Source: Octopus sinensis
Taxonomy: Eukaryota
Length of the DNA: 64,000 nucleotides
Reading direction: 5' to 3'
Assembly: GCF_006345805.1 (NCBI RefSeq)
Contig: NC_043021.1
Span: 9,424,001-9,488,000 of the forward strand
Below the pieces are notes generated by a model, which saw only the letters and a list, made by a program, of their open reading frames with translations, ran no database searches and was not told the origin of the DNA. The translations under genes and the position numbers were made by a program. Positions 49,913-61,694 of this stretch are shown here, piece after piece (position 1 is the first letter of the stretch; each line of letters opens with the position of its first letter).

Positions 49913-50568
49913 TGCGTGTATGTGTGTTAGTGTGTATCTATTCAGTGGGCTTCCACACAGTTTCTATCGACCAAATTTCACTCCCAATGCATTGGTTCAA
50001 CTGATAGCTATAGTAGAAGACACTTACCCCATGGTGCTGCACAGTGGGACTGAACCCAAAACCATGTGGTTGCAAAGCATGCTTCTTAACCACACAGCCA
50101 TTAGACATCTTCCCAAAATGTTAACTCCCCACCCACACTACCTCTGGAATTTGCCCATATTTTTACCTTATATGTTTCTTTATTGCTCACAAGGGGCTAA
50201 ACATAGAGAGGACAAACAAGGACAGACAAAGGGATTAATTCGATCACATCGACCCCAGTGCATAACTGGTACTTATTTAATCGACCCCAAAAGGATGAAA
50301 GGCAAAGTCTACCTCAGTGGAATTTGAACTCAGAACGTAGCGGCAGACGAAATACCTATTTCTTTACTACCCACAAGGGGCTAAACACAGAGGGGACAAA
50401 CAAGGACAGACAAAGGGATTAAGTTGATTACATCGACCCCAGTGCATAACTGGTACTTATTTAATCGACCCCGAAAGGATGAAAGGCAAAGTCGACCTTG
50501 GCAGAATTTGAACTCAAGACAGACAAAGGGATTAAGTCAATTACATCGACCCCAGGGCGTAACTGGTA

Positions 50569-50608
<40 letters not shown>

Positions 50609-50932
50609 TTACTACTACTACTATCAAATAAAGAAGGAAAGCAAAAATGTTCGGGAAGTGAAGAAATGCGTTGTTCCTTACCTGGGATTAGCTCGGAAAG
50701 GACAGTAACCACATTTGAAAGCAGGGGGTTTGTGTGAGTAAGTATGGGAGTTGAAGGTAGTCCGATTTGTGCTTCGGTACGAACATATTGTACAGGTGAA
50801 CGTGTACTGCATGAGGTTCTCGTCAAACTCCCTCACACACATCTCCTCCATTCTGGTGTTTATAGTTATCAGTGAGTCGGGCATGGCTTTCCTTGTGCTG
50901 CTGCTGCTGCCGCTGCCGCCGCCGCCGCTACT

Positions 50933-50964
<32 letters not shown>

Positions 50965-53900
50965 TACTACTCACTTGGCCTGGACGGTTCTTATCTCTGC
51001 TGCCTTTCACCAACGACATGATACTAGTGCCACTCTTCGCTTCACCCGACCAATAGTAGCTTCGCTGGCCGCCTCTGCTGCTGCCGCTGCTGCTGTTGCC
51101 GCTGCTGCTACTCTCGTACGGGTCATCGTCCATTTTCTTCACATCACGCTGGTACTTCAGCGGGTCACTGGCTTTGAATTTTGGCACATTTATCACGCTT
51201 GGTTTAGCAGAAGAAATTGGAGTGGAGCCGGTTAGCTCAGCTTTCGTAGCAGATTTCGACAAGTTCAAAGCCCCTGACTTACTCATCTTAAAGAATTTCG
51301 GGGATATCACAAGTGCTGGTTTCACAGTTTTATTGGTTTTTAAAGAACTCTGGAGACTAGTTTTCTGTGATTTGGAAGACATCAATGCATTTGGTTTGGA
51401 CACTTTCAGTTCTATGGAGGAACTGCTGGATTTTGAGAGGTTTAAGACTTCTGAAGTATTCTGATCATTTGCTGTTTTATCAGTATTAGACAATAACTGG
51501 CTTGAAGAATCTGATGTGTAGATAGAAAGAGCTTTTGAAGTGTTGGAGTTGCTAATGGCCTTTTTGGCCTTTTTGTTGCTGCTATTGCTTTTACTGTTCG
51601 ATTCCGATTCTTTGGAAAGTGGTCTTTTCCGGAAGGCGACGTCTTCTTTGGAACTTCGTACGAAATTCACGGCCATTTCCTTCCATGTTCCGTCAGGTTC
51701 TTCTACCAGTACGGTGTATCCTGCTTTGGCAGTTTGACTGCCAAAGCAGAGACGTGGGTGCTCAGTAGCCATGTGCGCTTCGATGCCGTTGTCGAACCAA
51801 CTGGCAAACGAGCAGTGTTTGCACCGTTTCCGTTTCAACATCATGTGCTGTGACCAGATATGGCACTTGACACACGTGCGGAGACGGCTTTTGTAGGAAC
51901 AGAATGGACACTGTAGCACTCCTGCTGACACCTCAATGATTTTCCGAGCCATTGCTTTCATCTCCTCGTCTTTTGACGAGGGATTCGACAGATTCTGCAA
52001 CTCAATGTCTTCAGACTGGGCCTCGAGATGTTTCACTGAACCTTCTGGGATTTGTTTCGTGTCACTCCTAGGAATGTCTTTACTAGCATCGGAGCTGTTA
52101 CCGCTTGTCTGTTTACCGAAATCCAAAACAATACTGCTTCCGGACCCATTAGCTCCAGAAGCCTTCAATTCTGATGAATGTTCCGTTTCAATGTGCTTCT
52201 GGACCTGCCATTCTACAAAACCTTTTGTACTGCACACTGAGCACTTGTAGACGCCGTTGCTCAGTTTCACAACCGTTGGACGATTCGGTTTGGTCAAAGA
52301 AGTAGGAATGGTGAGAGGTTCTGTGGCGAGACGGTAACAGTTGGGTGTCTCTGATGATGGACCACTGATGATAAACGTCTGTTTGGTGAACGTACTAGCA
52401 GAAGTATCCTTTGGAAGCAAGTTGAGAATATTTCGAATGTCTTTATTCCAATCCTGACTTTCAAATTTCGCGCCAGGTTTTTTGTTTTCGTGGAAGTGTA
52501 AGCAATGTTGTATAATGTTCTGCTTCTTGATGCTCCGCAGCTCACAATAGGGGCACGACCATAGGTACAATTTCAAATGGCAGTCAAGGATATGGTGATG
52601 AATTGTAGCCACGTGGTCGGTGGTAAACTGACAGCACTTACACCGATTCCACTTGCGGTTTCGCGTGTACAGAACACTTAGTTTCGAATCTAGTGTCTGG
52701 CTGCCTATTTCGCAAGGAGGTAACGCTGAAGAAAAGTCCGTATCAAGAGTTGATGCAGCTGATTTCTTCTCTGATGAGGATTTGGATTTTGTCGTATTCT
52801 TCTGAAGACTTCCTTTTGCTGATGGAACTGTCAAGATTGGAGATTGGTTCACAGTTTTGGTCGGCCTCACCATGTTTTTAAATACTTTACAGACAAATGG
52901 CTTCACTGAATCAGTCGTGCTTCCCTCATAAGGCTGGTCTTTAAATAACGGTACTTTCCAATCGTTGGAGGAATTGGAATTCTTCAATTCACATTGAAAG
53001 CACGACGAGAGGTTTCCATGTTCACAACGTCTGCTGGAATTATACTCTTGGCGAGAGGGATTTACTATTAGATCAAGCATTTCACTTTCATTCTTGTTGG
53101 AATTAAGAACTTCCTGGATGTGGGTGAAATGAAATTCTTTCTTGGGATGGCGTTTTTTACAAGAAGTTACAAGATATTCTTTGGATGTTGATTTAGCATT
53201 GCAATGAACACATTTCAAGAAATTCAGAATCTGACATTCTGGGTGCTTCACTCGAACATGGGTCTTAAGTTGCTGGACATGTTTGTAAGCGACGGGACAT
53301 AAATGACAGCACGCTTTAGCAATAGCTTTATTCACAAATGGAGTTTCTTCTGAAGATTTCAATTGGTTGGAATTCTTTGAAACTGAAGATGCAGCTTCTA
53401 GGTCTGTTATGCCTAGCTTCTGTTTGCTTTCTGACGTCAACGATTTAGAGGATTCCTTACCAATGTGTCTAGCAATATATTCTCCAAGGAAGCTAGGATG
53501 ATAGTTTCTTATGTGGTTTTCGAGAAGTGGAGATTGGCTAGTTGTGTATTTGCAAAGCTTACAGGAATATTGGTTCTTTGGAATTGTTGAGCTGTGGTTT
53601 TTGCTGTCACTAATGGCACTGAATGTTTTAGAGAATGGGTACATATCGTTGGTCAGGTGTAGTGCAGAAAGTAATTCTTTTGGTTTTAGTTTCGTTTCTA
53701 AGTACTCGATATCGTTCTTGCTGGGGAACGGTGCCAACTGTAAACTATTTGCATGATCTGCCAGCAGAGCTTTATTGTCTGCTGTTCCACTAGCCTGTTT
53801 TTCTTGACATACAACCTGACTGGTGACCACAATCTGTTTTGGTTTGCCGGGATGGGCCTCAGAGATGTGATTGAGAACGGCCCTTCGGTTCCGGTCTTTT

Positions 53901-56900
53901 ACTGAGCAATGAGGACACTGAATAAACTTGAGCAGGTTTGTCCGGAGGTGATTGAGAAGTTCGGACAGTTCTACAAACACCTGTTTACAATTCAGACAAC
54001 TGCACGTCTTTTCGTCCTTATGGAAGATTTCATTATGGTCTCGAAATTCATGTATAAGGTTTGTCCCAAACCGACAGCCTGCAAAAGCACATTTGAAAAG
54101 CAAAAAAATTTTGGAATTTGAGTGAGTTTGCATGTGTCTAAGTAGATTATCTTCACTTGGTGCCACATGCCCACAATGAGCACACGGGTAAGAGGAGACA
54201 TACTTGTGAGCAGTCTCCAAGTGGGCTCTAAATTGAGTGGAGTTCATGCTAGCAAAACCACATCCATTAAAACCGCACTTGTAGAATGCTCCTTTAAGAT
54301 CTTTATCCATTCCTGCAACAGCATGGTTCTCGCCAGCTACCGACAAATTCTCAGCATTGTTCACTGTCATGGACAAGGACAGTGAATCATTGGTAAAACT
54401 TGGAAAACTGGAACCAGCATTTGAGTCCTTGTAGATATTAGATGAAGTAAGAGAAGGTGGAGAACTAATCTTTAAATCCAGTGCCATGTCTTGGTCATCG
54501 GACAATTCCTTTTTCAAATCAAGGAGGCTGCCGTCAGAACTGCTGATATCACACAACATATTGGTCAAAGCTGTGAACTCTTTCACTTCTTTCTTAATAT
54601 TCATTATCTTTCGGTTGATGTCTTCAAGCAAATACTCTTCATCCGGTTGTTCGGATTTGACTTTGACCAAACTGAAATCCATCGCAAAATCTGAATTTTC
54701 TTTCTTGGTGACTTTGCTGGAACGATTTTCATCAGCCATTTTCCCAGATGAGGTATTGTTTTCGATTTGATTCGTAACTGAAATGGATTTTAAGTCTGGG
54801 ATTTTTTCACAACCCTGGTCTGCAAGAGAAGTCTTTAGAACCTTCAGCTGATGTGTTGCGGCCCTCAAGGGGTTTTCAACAATTACAGTTTCTTTTAGTT
54901 CCTGAATGTCTCTTTTTTTGCAGTTGACAGAAGATTTAGCATCCTTATTGGCAGCGCCTTCTGTTTGTTTTGAGATTTTATCAGCGTCGGTCGTTAGGCT
55001 TGAATTTGAGTGTTCTGATGCCTGATCTAATTTTGAAGAACACGAACTGTTTTTCACTTCAGCTCCAACGAGAAGAGGAAGTGCGACGGAAAGGTTTTTC
55101 ACCTCTGAAGCCATTTTAGAAATGGTTTCGAGTTTGAGGTCAGATTTTCGAATGCGACAAATAACGACCGTTTTCTTTGTGCTGTCCTCCGACTCTGTTT
55201 CCGTTGTATTGGTGTCTGTTACTAACTGAAGTATATTGGCTACGACTTCACAACTTTCTCTGGTTAGAGTCGTACAACAGCAGTAACTACTCTCTGCAGA
55301 GTGTGTGTGTGTCCATAGATGGAAGCGAAATATCTCTTTGTCTTTTGACTTTTTTGCACACTGCAAACAAACGTATTCGTTGTTTACGAATGTCACTTCT
55401 AAATCCTTACAGAAAGCCCGATGTTTGTCAGAGAATTGCTTTGGCGACTGTGATGAGTCTGTGTTGTTCGTAACTGAGAATGGTTCTGAACTGGATTTTG
55501 ATATTTGAGCACCTGGGTCTGCTGCCAGATGAGTTTGACGGTGCTTTGATGTCTGCGCACCTGAGTCTGCTGGATGCGTCTGGCGATGCTTTGATGGTGA
55601 CCGACTCGCCTCAGGACACTGGAAATTCAATTTTTGATCATTACTCGCTCTGATTTCTTTAATCAACAAAGACATATACTTCGGAAGGTGGTGTTGTCCC
55701 TTGTGGCGGGAAAGGACATGTTGCTGCCACTGGCTAGGAGATTTGAATTCACTCGTGCAATCATCGCACTTAAAAGCATAATTTTCCATGTGACTAAACA
55801 GATGATCCTCAAAAGCCGACTGCTTGCCCGAGAAGGAGCAATGGCTGCAGGCATACAAACCGTTATCATAACTAAGAATCGTTTCCACTAAACTTGATTT
55901 ACCTGAGCTTAACACGGAGCTGGAAGCTGCATTTGGGGCTGGGGCTGGTGGTTGTAGTGGTGGAGAGGAGGAAGATGTGGCTATGAGTGGCGGTGAGAAA
56001 GTCAAAGATGGCGAGGATGATGATGGTGATGGCGACGATGATAATGATGATGAAGAGGAAGAAACAAGGCTGTTGATGGTTGGCGTCCGTAGCGTTAACA
56101 ATGGGGATGCTGTGATGGAGCGACTGTCTGATTTACTAGTCAAGTCTGATGATATCTTTGGACATTTTGCAGCAGTAGTGGAGGTGCTTGTCGTCGTGGC
56201 AATAGCATCCAACTTGGCACTGATATTAACAGAGAAATTCTTTGTCGCTTTTTCAATGACTGATAAAAGTGGTTCACAGAATTTCCTCTTACGTTCACCG
56301 TTACTAGTGACTTTTTTGGAATCTGCTGCTATTTCTGGCTTACTCGAGTTGCTGGCATTAGTGTTTGCTGACTTACCAGACTCGTCTACTCGACTGGAAT
56401 CACTAACATCAGCCGTTACCTCCATGCTGTTCGACTTTTCTTCCTTCTTGCTTTTACATTCTTGAAACTTTGAGAAATCTAATGGGCTGCTTTGTTCCTT
56501 GTTGACGATGGCAGAGTTTTTACTAACAGTCGACGAGATCGGGACATTAGTTTCTCCTTCTATTGACAAGACCGACACCTCTTGCATATCAGAACTAAGC
56601 TCACTCTGCTTACTCCCATCCATCATATTCACGCCTTTTTCACGTACACCCTCCTTAAAAGCCGATTCTACCTGTTGACCGTTGTTGTTGTTGCACGAGG
56701 CCTTGGAAGTGATCACATTGTAAAGTTTGGCCTCAAACTGATCTTGGTCCAGATTTGAGAAAGACTCCTCCAGCGCATTTGCAATCCTTGTACAACTGCT
56801 TTCTAACCCTTCGCTACTTTTCTCAGAGCCATCCGTGTCATCTTTTGAGTTTGAGATGATTTCGTTGTTTCTAAACTGCTGCGGTGTACCACTATCGTTT

Positions 56901-58000
56901 ACCATTTCGCTAACATTGTCACTTTGATGGATGTCCAACTGAAATTTATCGGCGCCGCTGACATTCTTCTTCTTAGTGTTGTTGTTATCCAGTGTCATCG
57001 CTTCATTTGAGTGAGTGTTTTTTCCGTAATCTGTACAGCTGGTCGGGCTGCTGAGGAGAAGCTCAGCCACGCTGCTCTTCGACTTCTTGCGCTGGTTCTC
57101 CGCATCCTGACCAATGTACATCTCTTCCTTTTGTAGAAGCTCAGCAGTTAGTGTCGAGGAGGCAGGAAGCACTAACGAACTCTCGTGATCCTCGGAGAAA
57201 TTCTCATCTTTCCCTGCAACGACTGGCCCGTCAGCAGACAGTGAGCTGGACACGGTACGGCAATCTTTCTCATCATCGTCTTCTACGGTGGAGGACACAG
57301 CACAGATGCTGGTTTCAGGTGAGGTCACAAAGACCCTTGTGTTGACATAGCTGCCGTGCTCTTCCTCCGACAAACTCTCCCCGTCCGCTTCTTTAGTGGT
57401 TGTTATCATAGTCGCCGAGGCCTTTGCTGCTTCTGTTGTTGTTGCTGGTGGTGTTGGCGATGGCAACGGTGATAGCGATTGAGGTGTTGATGATGTGGTC
57501 TTGTTGCTGTTGCTGTTGTTGTTGTTGTTGTTGCTATTGCTAGTGTTATGCATGCCATCTTTGGTGGAGGGCGTGGTGGTTTTATCAATGTTGTTGCAGT
57601 GTAAATGTGACGTCGTATTGTGTGCTGCTTTTGTGTCATGCTGTTGTTGTTGTTGTTGTTGTTGCTGTTGTTGCACCTGAGAACTCTGAACACTGTCGCA
57701 TTCGACAACTAAAGGCTGCGTGCAGTCAGAGCTGCCGACATAGTCGACGCTGTCCAGCGCGAGGAGACGACGGGCTGAGTCGTCATCAATGTCGTCGTCG
57801 TCATCGTCGTCATTGTCACTGAAATTCACCGACGAAGGTGACCAAATTTTGTTGAAGTCACCACTGACAGGGGATGGTGAGGAAGCAATGTCCAGTTTTT
57901 CTTTGCCTTTTTTACCATTTTCTTCGTTTGAGTTGAGTTTGCCTGCAGGACAACGCTCATCAAAGTGATTGTCACACTTTTCTGTTTCACATTCAGCCAT
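39314..58000 (-). CDS. Giant dispersed multi-C2H2 zinc-finger protein, two coding exons, predicted 3,421 aa
   Basis: 7319 + 2947 nt = 3422 codons including the stop. The phase-2 junction (CCC AG|gtaagg ... tttcag|A TGT) rebuilds the canonical finger [22 protein letters not shown]. About 21 C-x2/4-C...H-x3/4-H units, no TGEKP linkers. Confidence 0.9.
43104..43528. repeat. (CTAT/CCAT)n tetranucleotide array; second array at 42597-42873
   Basis: Directly visible. Confidence 0.95.
43689..43831. mobile_element. MITE with perfect 27-bp TIRs, superfamily unassigned
   Basis: ataatagttatcgccatactaatatgg / ccatattagtatggcgataactattat; sits beside (TA)n. Confidence 0.7.
43965..44504 (+). mobile_element. 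5' half of a decayed mariner transposon
   Basis: From ATG 44139: [58 protein letters not shown] (WVPHEL-type motif) with in-frame stops. Confidence 0.9.
46006..46062 (+). pseudogene. 5'-truncated tRNA-Ala(TGC) pseudogene
   Basis: Anticodon arm ttcgc-tttgcac-gtgaa (TGC at 46023-46025), T arm ccggg-ctccatc-cctga with a decayed B box, 3' acceptor strand catcgcc-a, then TTTT. The 5' acceptor strand is missing. Confidence 0.75.
46112..46438. repeat. Foldback element with inverted arms of about 95 bp
   Basis: 46112-46204 is the reverse complement of 46342-46438 apart from homopolymer length and a few substitutions. Confidence 0.9.
48755..48829. repeat. Perfect 34-bp hairpin with 7-nt loop inside (TA)n
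   Basis: aaggactgaacacgaaaaagtggacagtcaacat-atctagc-atgttgactgtccactttttcgtgttcagtcctt. Confidence 0.95.
50682..58000 (-). CDS. Zinc-finger gene, coding part of the 7,430-nt exon (exon 50682-58111)
   Basis: Stop-free 2439 codons from aagaaaATGG at 58000; acceptor ttttgcag ends at 58112; an in-frame TGA at 58076-58078 supports 58000 as the start; donor AG|gtaagg at 50681. Confidence 0.92.
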
Positions 58001-59404
58001 TTTCTTACCCACAATGCTGTGCGTGAGAGAACATTCTCTTACACAGCTGCCATTCAACTCACAGTAGTTCCATAATCACCAAAATGGTATTTCCAAAGAC
58101 TTTTTTGGCACCTGCAAAAGATAAAAATGGAGAAGAATAAATAAAACACTCAAATTTCAAAGAAAATGATATTTCATTTGTTAGACAACAACAATAACAA
58201 CAACAACAGCAGTGGAGGCACAATGGCCCAGTGGTTAGGACAGCAGACTTGTGGTCGTAAGAACTCAGTTTCCATTATTAGACCAGGCATTTTGAGTGTT
58301 TATTGAGCAAAAACACCTAAGCTTTACGAGTCTCTGGCAGGGGGAGGGCGGTGAACCCCCGCTGTACTCTTTCACCACAACTTTTGCTCTTTCTTCCTAC
58401 TTATGCCACAAAGCAGAGGAACCATGGTGTAACCCGCTATGGTGTGGTAAACTTTCAGACCCTAGTCTAGATTGCGAATCCTCTGTACCCCAGGATGGTT
58501 CAGCTCTCCACCCGTTAAAAGCCACCATTTACAGAATGAGGATAACAATGTAGCTTTTGTGCCCATGCAACCGCCAGTCTATCACGTGTGGTGGGTGGAT
58601 CTTCAAGTTGCCACACGCATTCTTAGTAGCTTAGAGAAAGGCTCGAATTAGAGATTAATCTTTGTGACTAATGGCGTGAGTTCTGATTGGAAGAAGAAGA
58701 AGAAGAAGAAGAAGAAGAAGAAGAAGAAGAAGAAGAAGAAGAGACAACGACAACAACAACAGTATTATCCTGTTTATAATAGGCAGAAGACCTGAAATTT
58801 TAATGGGATGAGGGCTAGTTGATTACATTAACCCTAGGGCTCAAATGGTACTTGTTTATCCACTACAAAAGGATAAAGGGCAAAGTTGACCCCAGAATGT
58901 AAAGGGTTGCAAGAAATGTCTGCTAAGCATTCTGTCTGACATATTAACAACTCCAGCATCTCCCTGCCTAAATAATAATAATAATCCTTTTTATGGAATC
59001 TTTGGGGATGGGGCTAGTTAATTTCATCAACCCCAGTACCCAATTAGTACTTAATTTAGTGAACACAAAAGGAGGAAAGGCCAAAGTTGACCTCGGTGGA
59101 ATTTGAACTCAGAACATAAAGATCTTGCTAAGCATTTCACCCGGTGTGCTAGCAATTCTGCCAGCTTGCTGCTTTAATAATAATAATAAACCTTTCTACG
59201 GAAGGCACAAGTCCTTGAAATTTTGGGGGAGGGAACTAGTTGATTACAGGGACCCAAGTGTTTGGCTGGTACTTAATTTATTGACCGTGAAATGACAAAA
59301 GGCTAAGTCAACCTCGGTGGAAGTTGAACTTAGAATGTAGCGATATGCACAAATACCGCTAAGCATTTCATCCACTGCGCTAATGATTCAGCTAACTTGC
59401 TGCC

Positions 59405-59452
<48 letters not shown>

Positions 59453-59453
59453 T

Positions 59454-60010
59454 ATGCCCTGATGCAGAACCAGGCAGTGGCTCTCGTGGCTTCTGATCTT
59501 AACTGATTGGAAGTGTTATCATGTACATTGTTTTGTCTTGGTATAAAAGATGGACTACAGCAAATATTCTGCTCAATACCACAGATTTGCTTTTCAGTTG
59601 TTTGAACTTAACTAGTTGAGCATGTCACTTATTGGCTGACGATATGTGCATCTCTGATTACGAGCAGAAGTAGTAGGGAAGCATCATAGCCATGTGTTGA
59701 GAGGGATTCTTTGGGGTTTGAATAATTCACCTCTGGAAACATGGGTGTTTCGTTCAACAGCCTTAAACAACCCTTATTCAGGGACCTTTTGAGCGGGACG
59801 GGTTACTTGACCAGAAGAAAATTCTAACTGGGCCCCACCTGCAAGGTCATGTGCTGTTTATCTTGATATCAGATCACCATGTCGTGCACACATGGTTGTG
59901 ATGCATGTGCCTAGTGTACCCTTATCAGATGGGTAGTCATGATGGGTATACTGGGCTTCGTATATTTTACCCCAGTGTCACTTTGATGGCATGCACTGCT
60001 CTCTCACTCA
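59454..60010. mobile_element. About 557-bp interspersed repeat embedded in an (AAT)n microsatellite
   Basis: (AAT)n on both sides; partial copy at 10423-10516 also abuts (AAT)n; no Pol III boxes or TIRs seen. Confidence 0.6.
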
Positions 60011-60022
60011 AAAATAATAATA

Positions 60023-60053
<31 letters not shown>

Positions 60054-60893
60054 TAAAAATAGTAATAGTAATAATTTTGCCACAAGAGCAGTGATTTGGG
60101 GGGAAGGGATGAATTGATTACATCGACCCTGGTGTTTGGCTGTTACTTATTTTATCAATCTCGAAAGAATGAACGGTAAAGTCGACCTTGGTGGAATTTG
60201 AACTCAGAATGTAGAGATGGGTGAAATACCGCTAAGCATTTCGTCCAGTGTGCTAACAATTCTACCAGCTCGCTGTCTTTCATAATAAAAATTAAAATAA
60301 TAAAGGTTTCAAATTTTGCCACAAGGGCAGCAATTTTGGAGGAGAGAATGAGTCGATTACATTGACCCCAGCGTTCAGTTGGTATTTACCCCGAAAGGGT
60401 GAAAGGTAAAGTTGACCTTGGTGGAATTTGAACTCAGAATGTATCACTAAACATTACGTCCAGCACCCTGAAAAGTCTACCAGTTCATTACTTTAATAAT
60501 AACAATAATGATAATAATAATCCTTTCTTTATTGGCCACCTGGGCCAAACACAAAACATAGAGGATAATAATAATTAGGACAGCGAGCAGGCAGAATCGT
60601 TAGCACGTCAGGTGAATTGCTTAGCAGTATTTCGTCTGCTGTTACATTCTGAGTTCAAATGCTGCTGAGGTTGACTTTGCCTTTCATCCTTTCGGGGTTG
60701 ATTAAATAAGTACCAGTTAAGCACCGGTGTCAATGTAATTGACTTAATCCCTTTGTCTGTCTTTCTTTGTCCCCTCTGTGTTTAGCCCTCTGTGGGCAAT
60801 AAAGAAATAAATAATAATGATAATTATTATTATTATAATTATGATAATCCAGAATTATAAAGAAAAGAAAATGAAAAATTTTTTTTTAAATAA

Positions 60894-61180
60894 TACAATC
60901 CCTTACAATTTGAAATAGGAAGAATTTGGAGTATGAAAACAGTAAAGGTTGTGCCTTGTAATAATTGGTGCATTGGGAACTATGAGGAAAGACGATATGG
61001 ACAAATGGTTGACGGAGACTGGAATAGAATGCCCTGTAGAGCTTCTACAGAAAGTGCCTCTTAGGGCACTATTATCAGGTGGGTTTTAAGTACTGGAAGG
61101 ACTATTAGAAGCTTGCGGAAGCCTACCATTACCAACATAAATTCTACCAGGAATAAGAACAAACCTGAGTCAAATCTACA
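60894..61180 (+). mobile_element. 3' remnant of an R4/Dong-clade non-LTR retrotransposon (RLE endonuclease tail)
   Basis: YNPLQFEIGRIWSMKTVKVVP/fs/VIIGALGTMRKDDMDKWLTETGIECPVELLQK resembles the KY..L..EI.R.W..V.P.IIGALG..LQK motif; ends in (AAT)n. Confidence 0.7.
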
Positions 61181-61655
61181 ATAATAATGGTTTCTGATTT
61201 CAGCAGGCTATCAAATGTTGTTACACACTGCTGGCCACAGTGCGCTTCCTTGCATTATTGTTGTAGTTTTCAAATGATGCCAACCTACTGGTTAGACAGA
61301 CAGACAGGGTAATATTTTCCCTAAACGGAATGTAAGTGTGTTATAGAGCTACCTATTTACAGCTGAGTGGACTGGGGCAACATGAAATGAAGTGTTTCGT
61401 TTAAGTATACAATGCACTGCCCAGTCTGGGAATGGAAACCATGATCTTGTGATTATGAGTGCAACGGCCTAACCACTAGGCCACAGGCCTTCACACACAC
61501 ACAAACACCAGGCTTCATAGAGTTTCCGTCTACGAAATCCACTCATAAGGTTTTGATCAGCCTGGAGCTATAGTAGAAGACACTTGCCCAAGGTGCTATC
61601 AATGTCTGTCTGTCTGTCTGTGTATCTTTCTATCTATCTATATAGATAGATAAAC

Positions 61656-61694
<39 letters not shown>

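Noticed and set aside
50678-58057. ORF-track start at 58057 (MNGS..)
   Set aside because: That codon is TTG; the first in-frame ATG is at 58000, and the ORF actually leaves by a splice donor at 50681.
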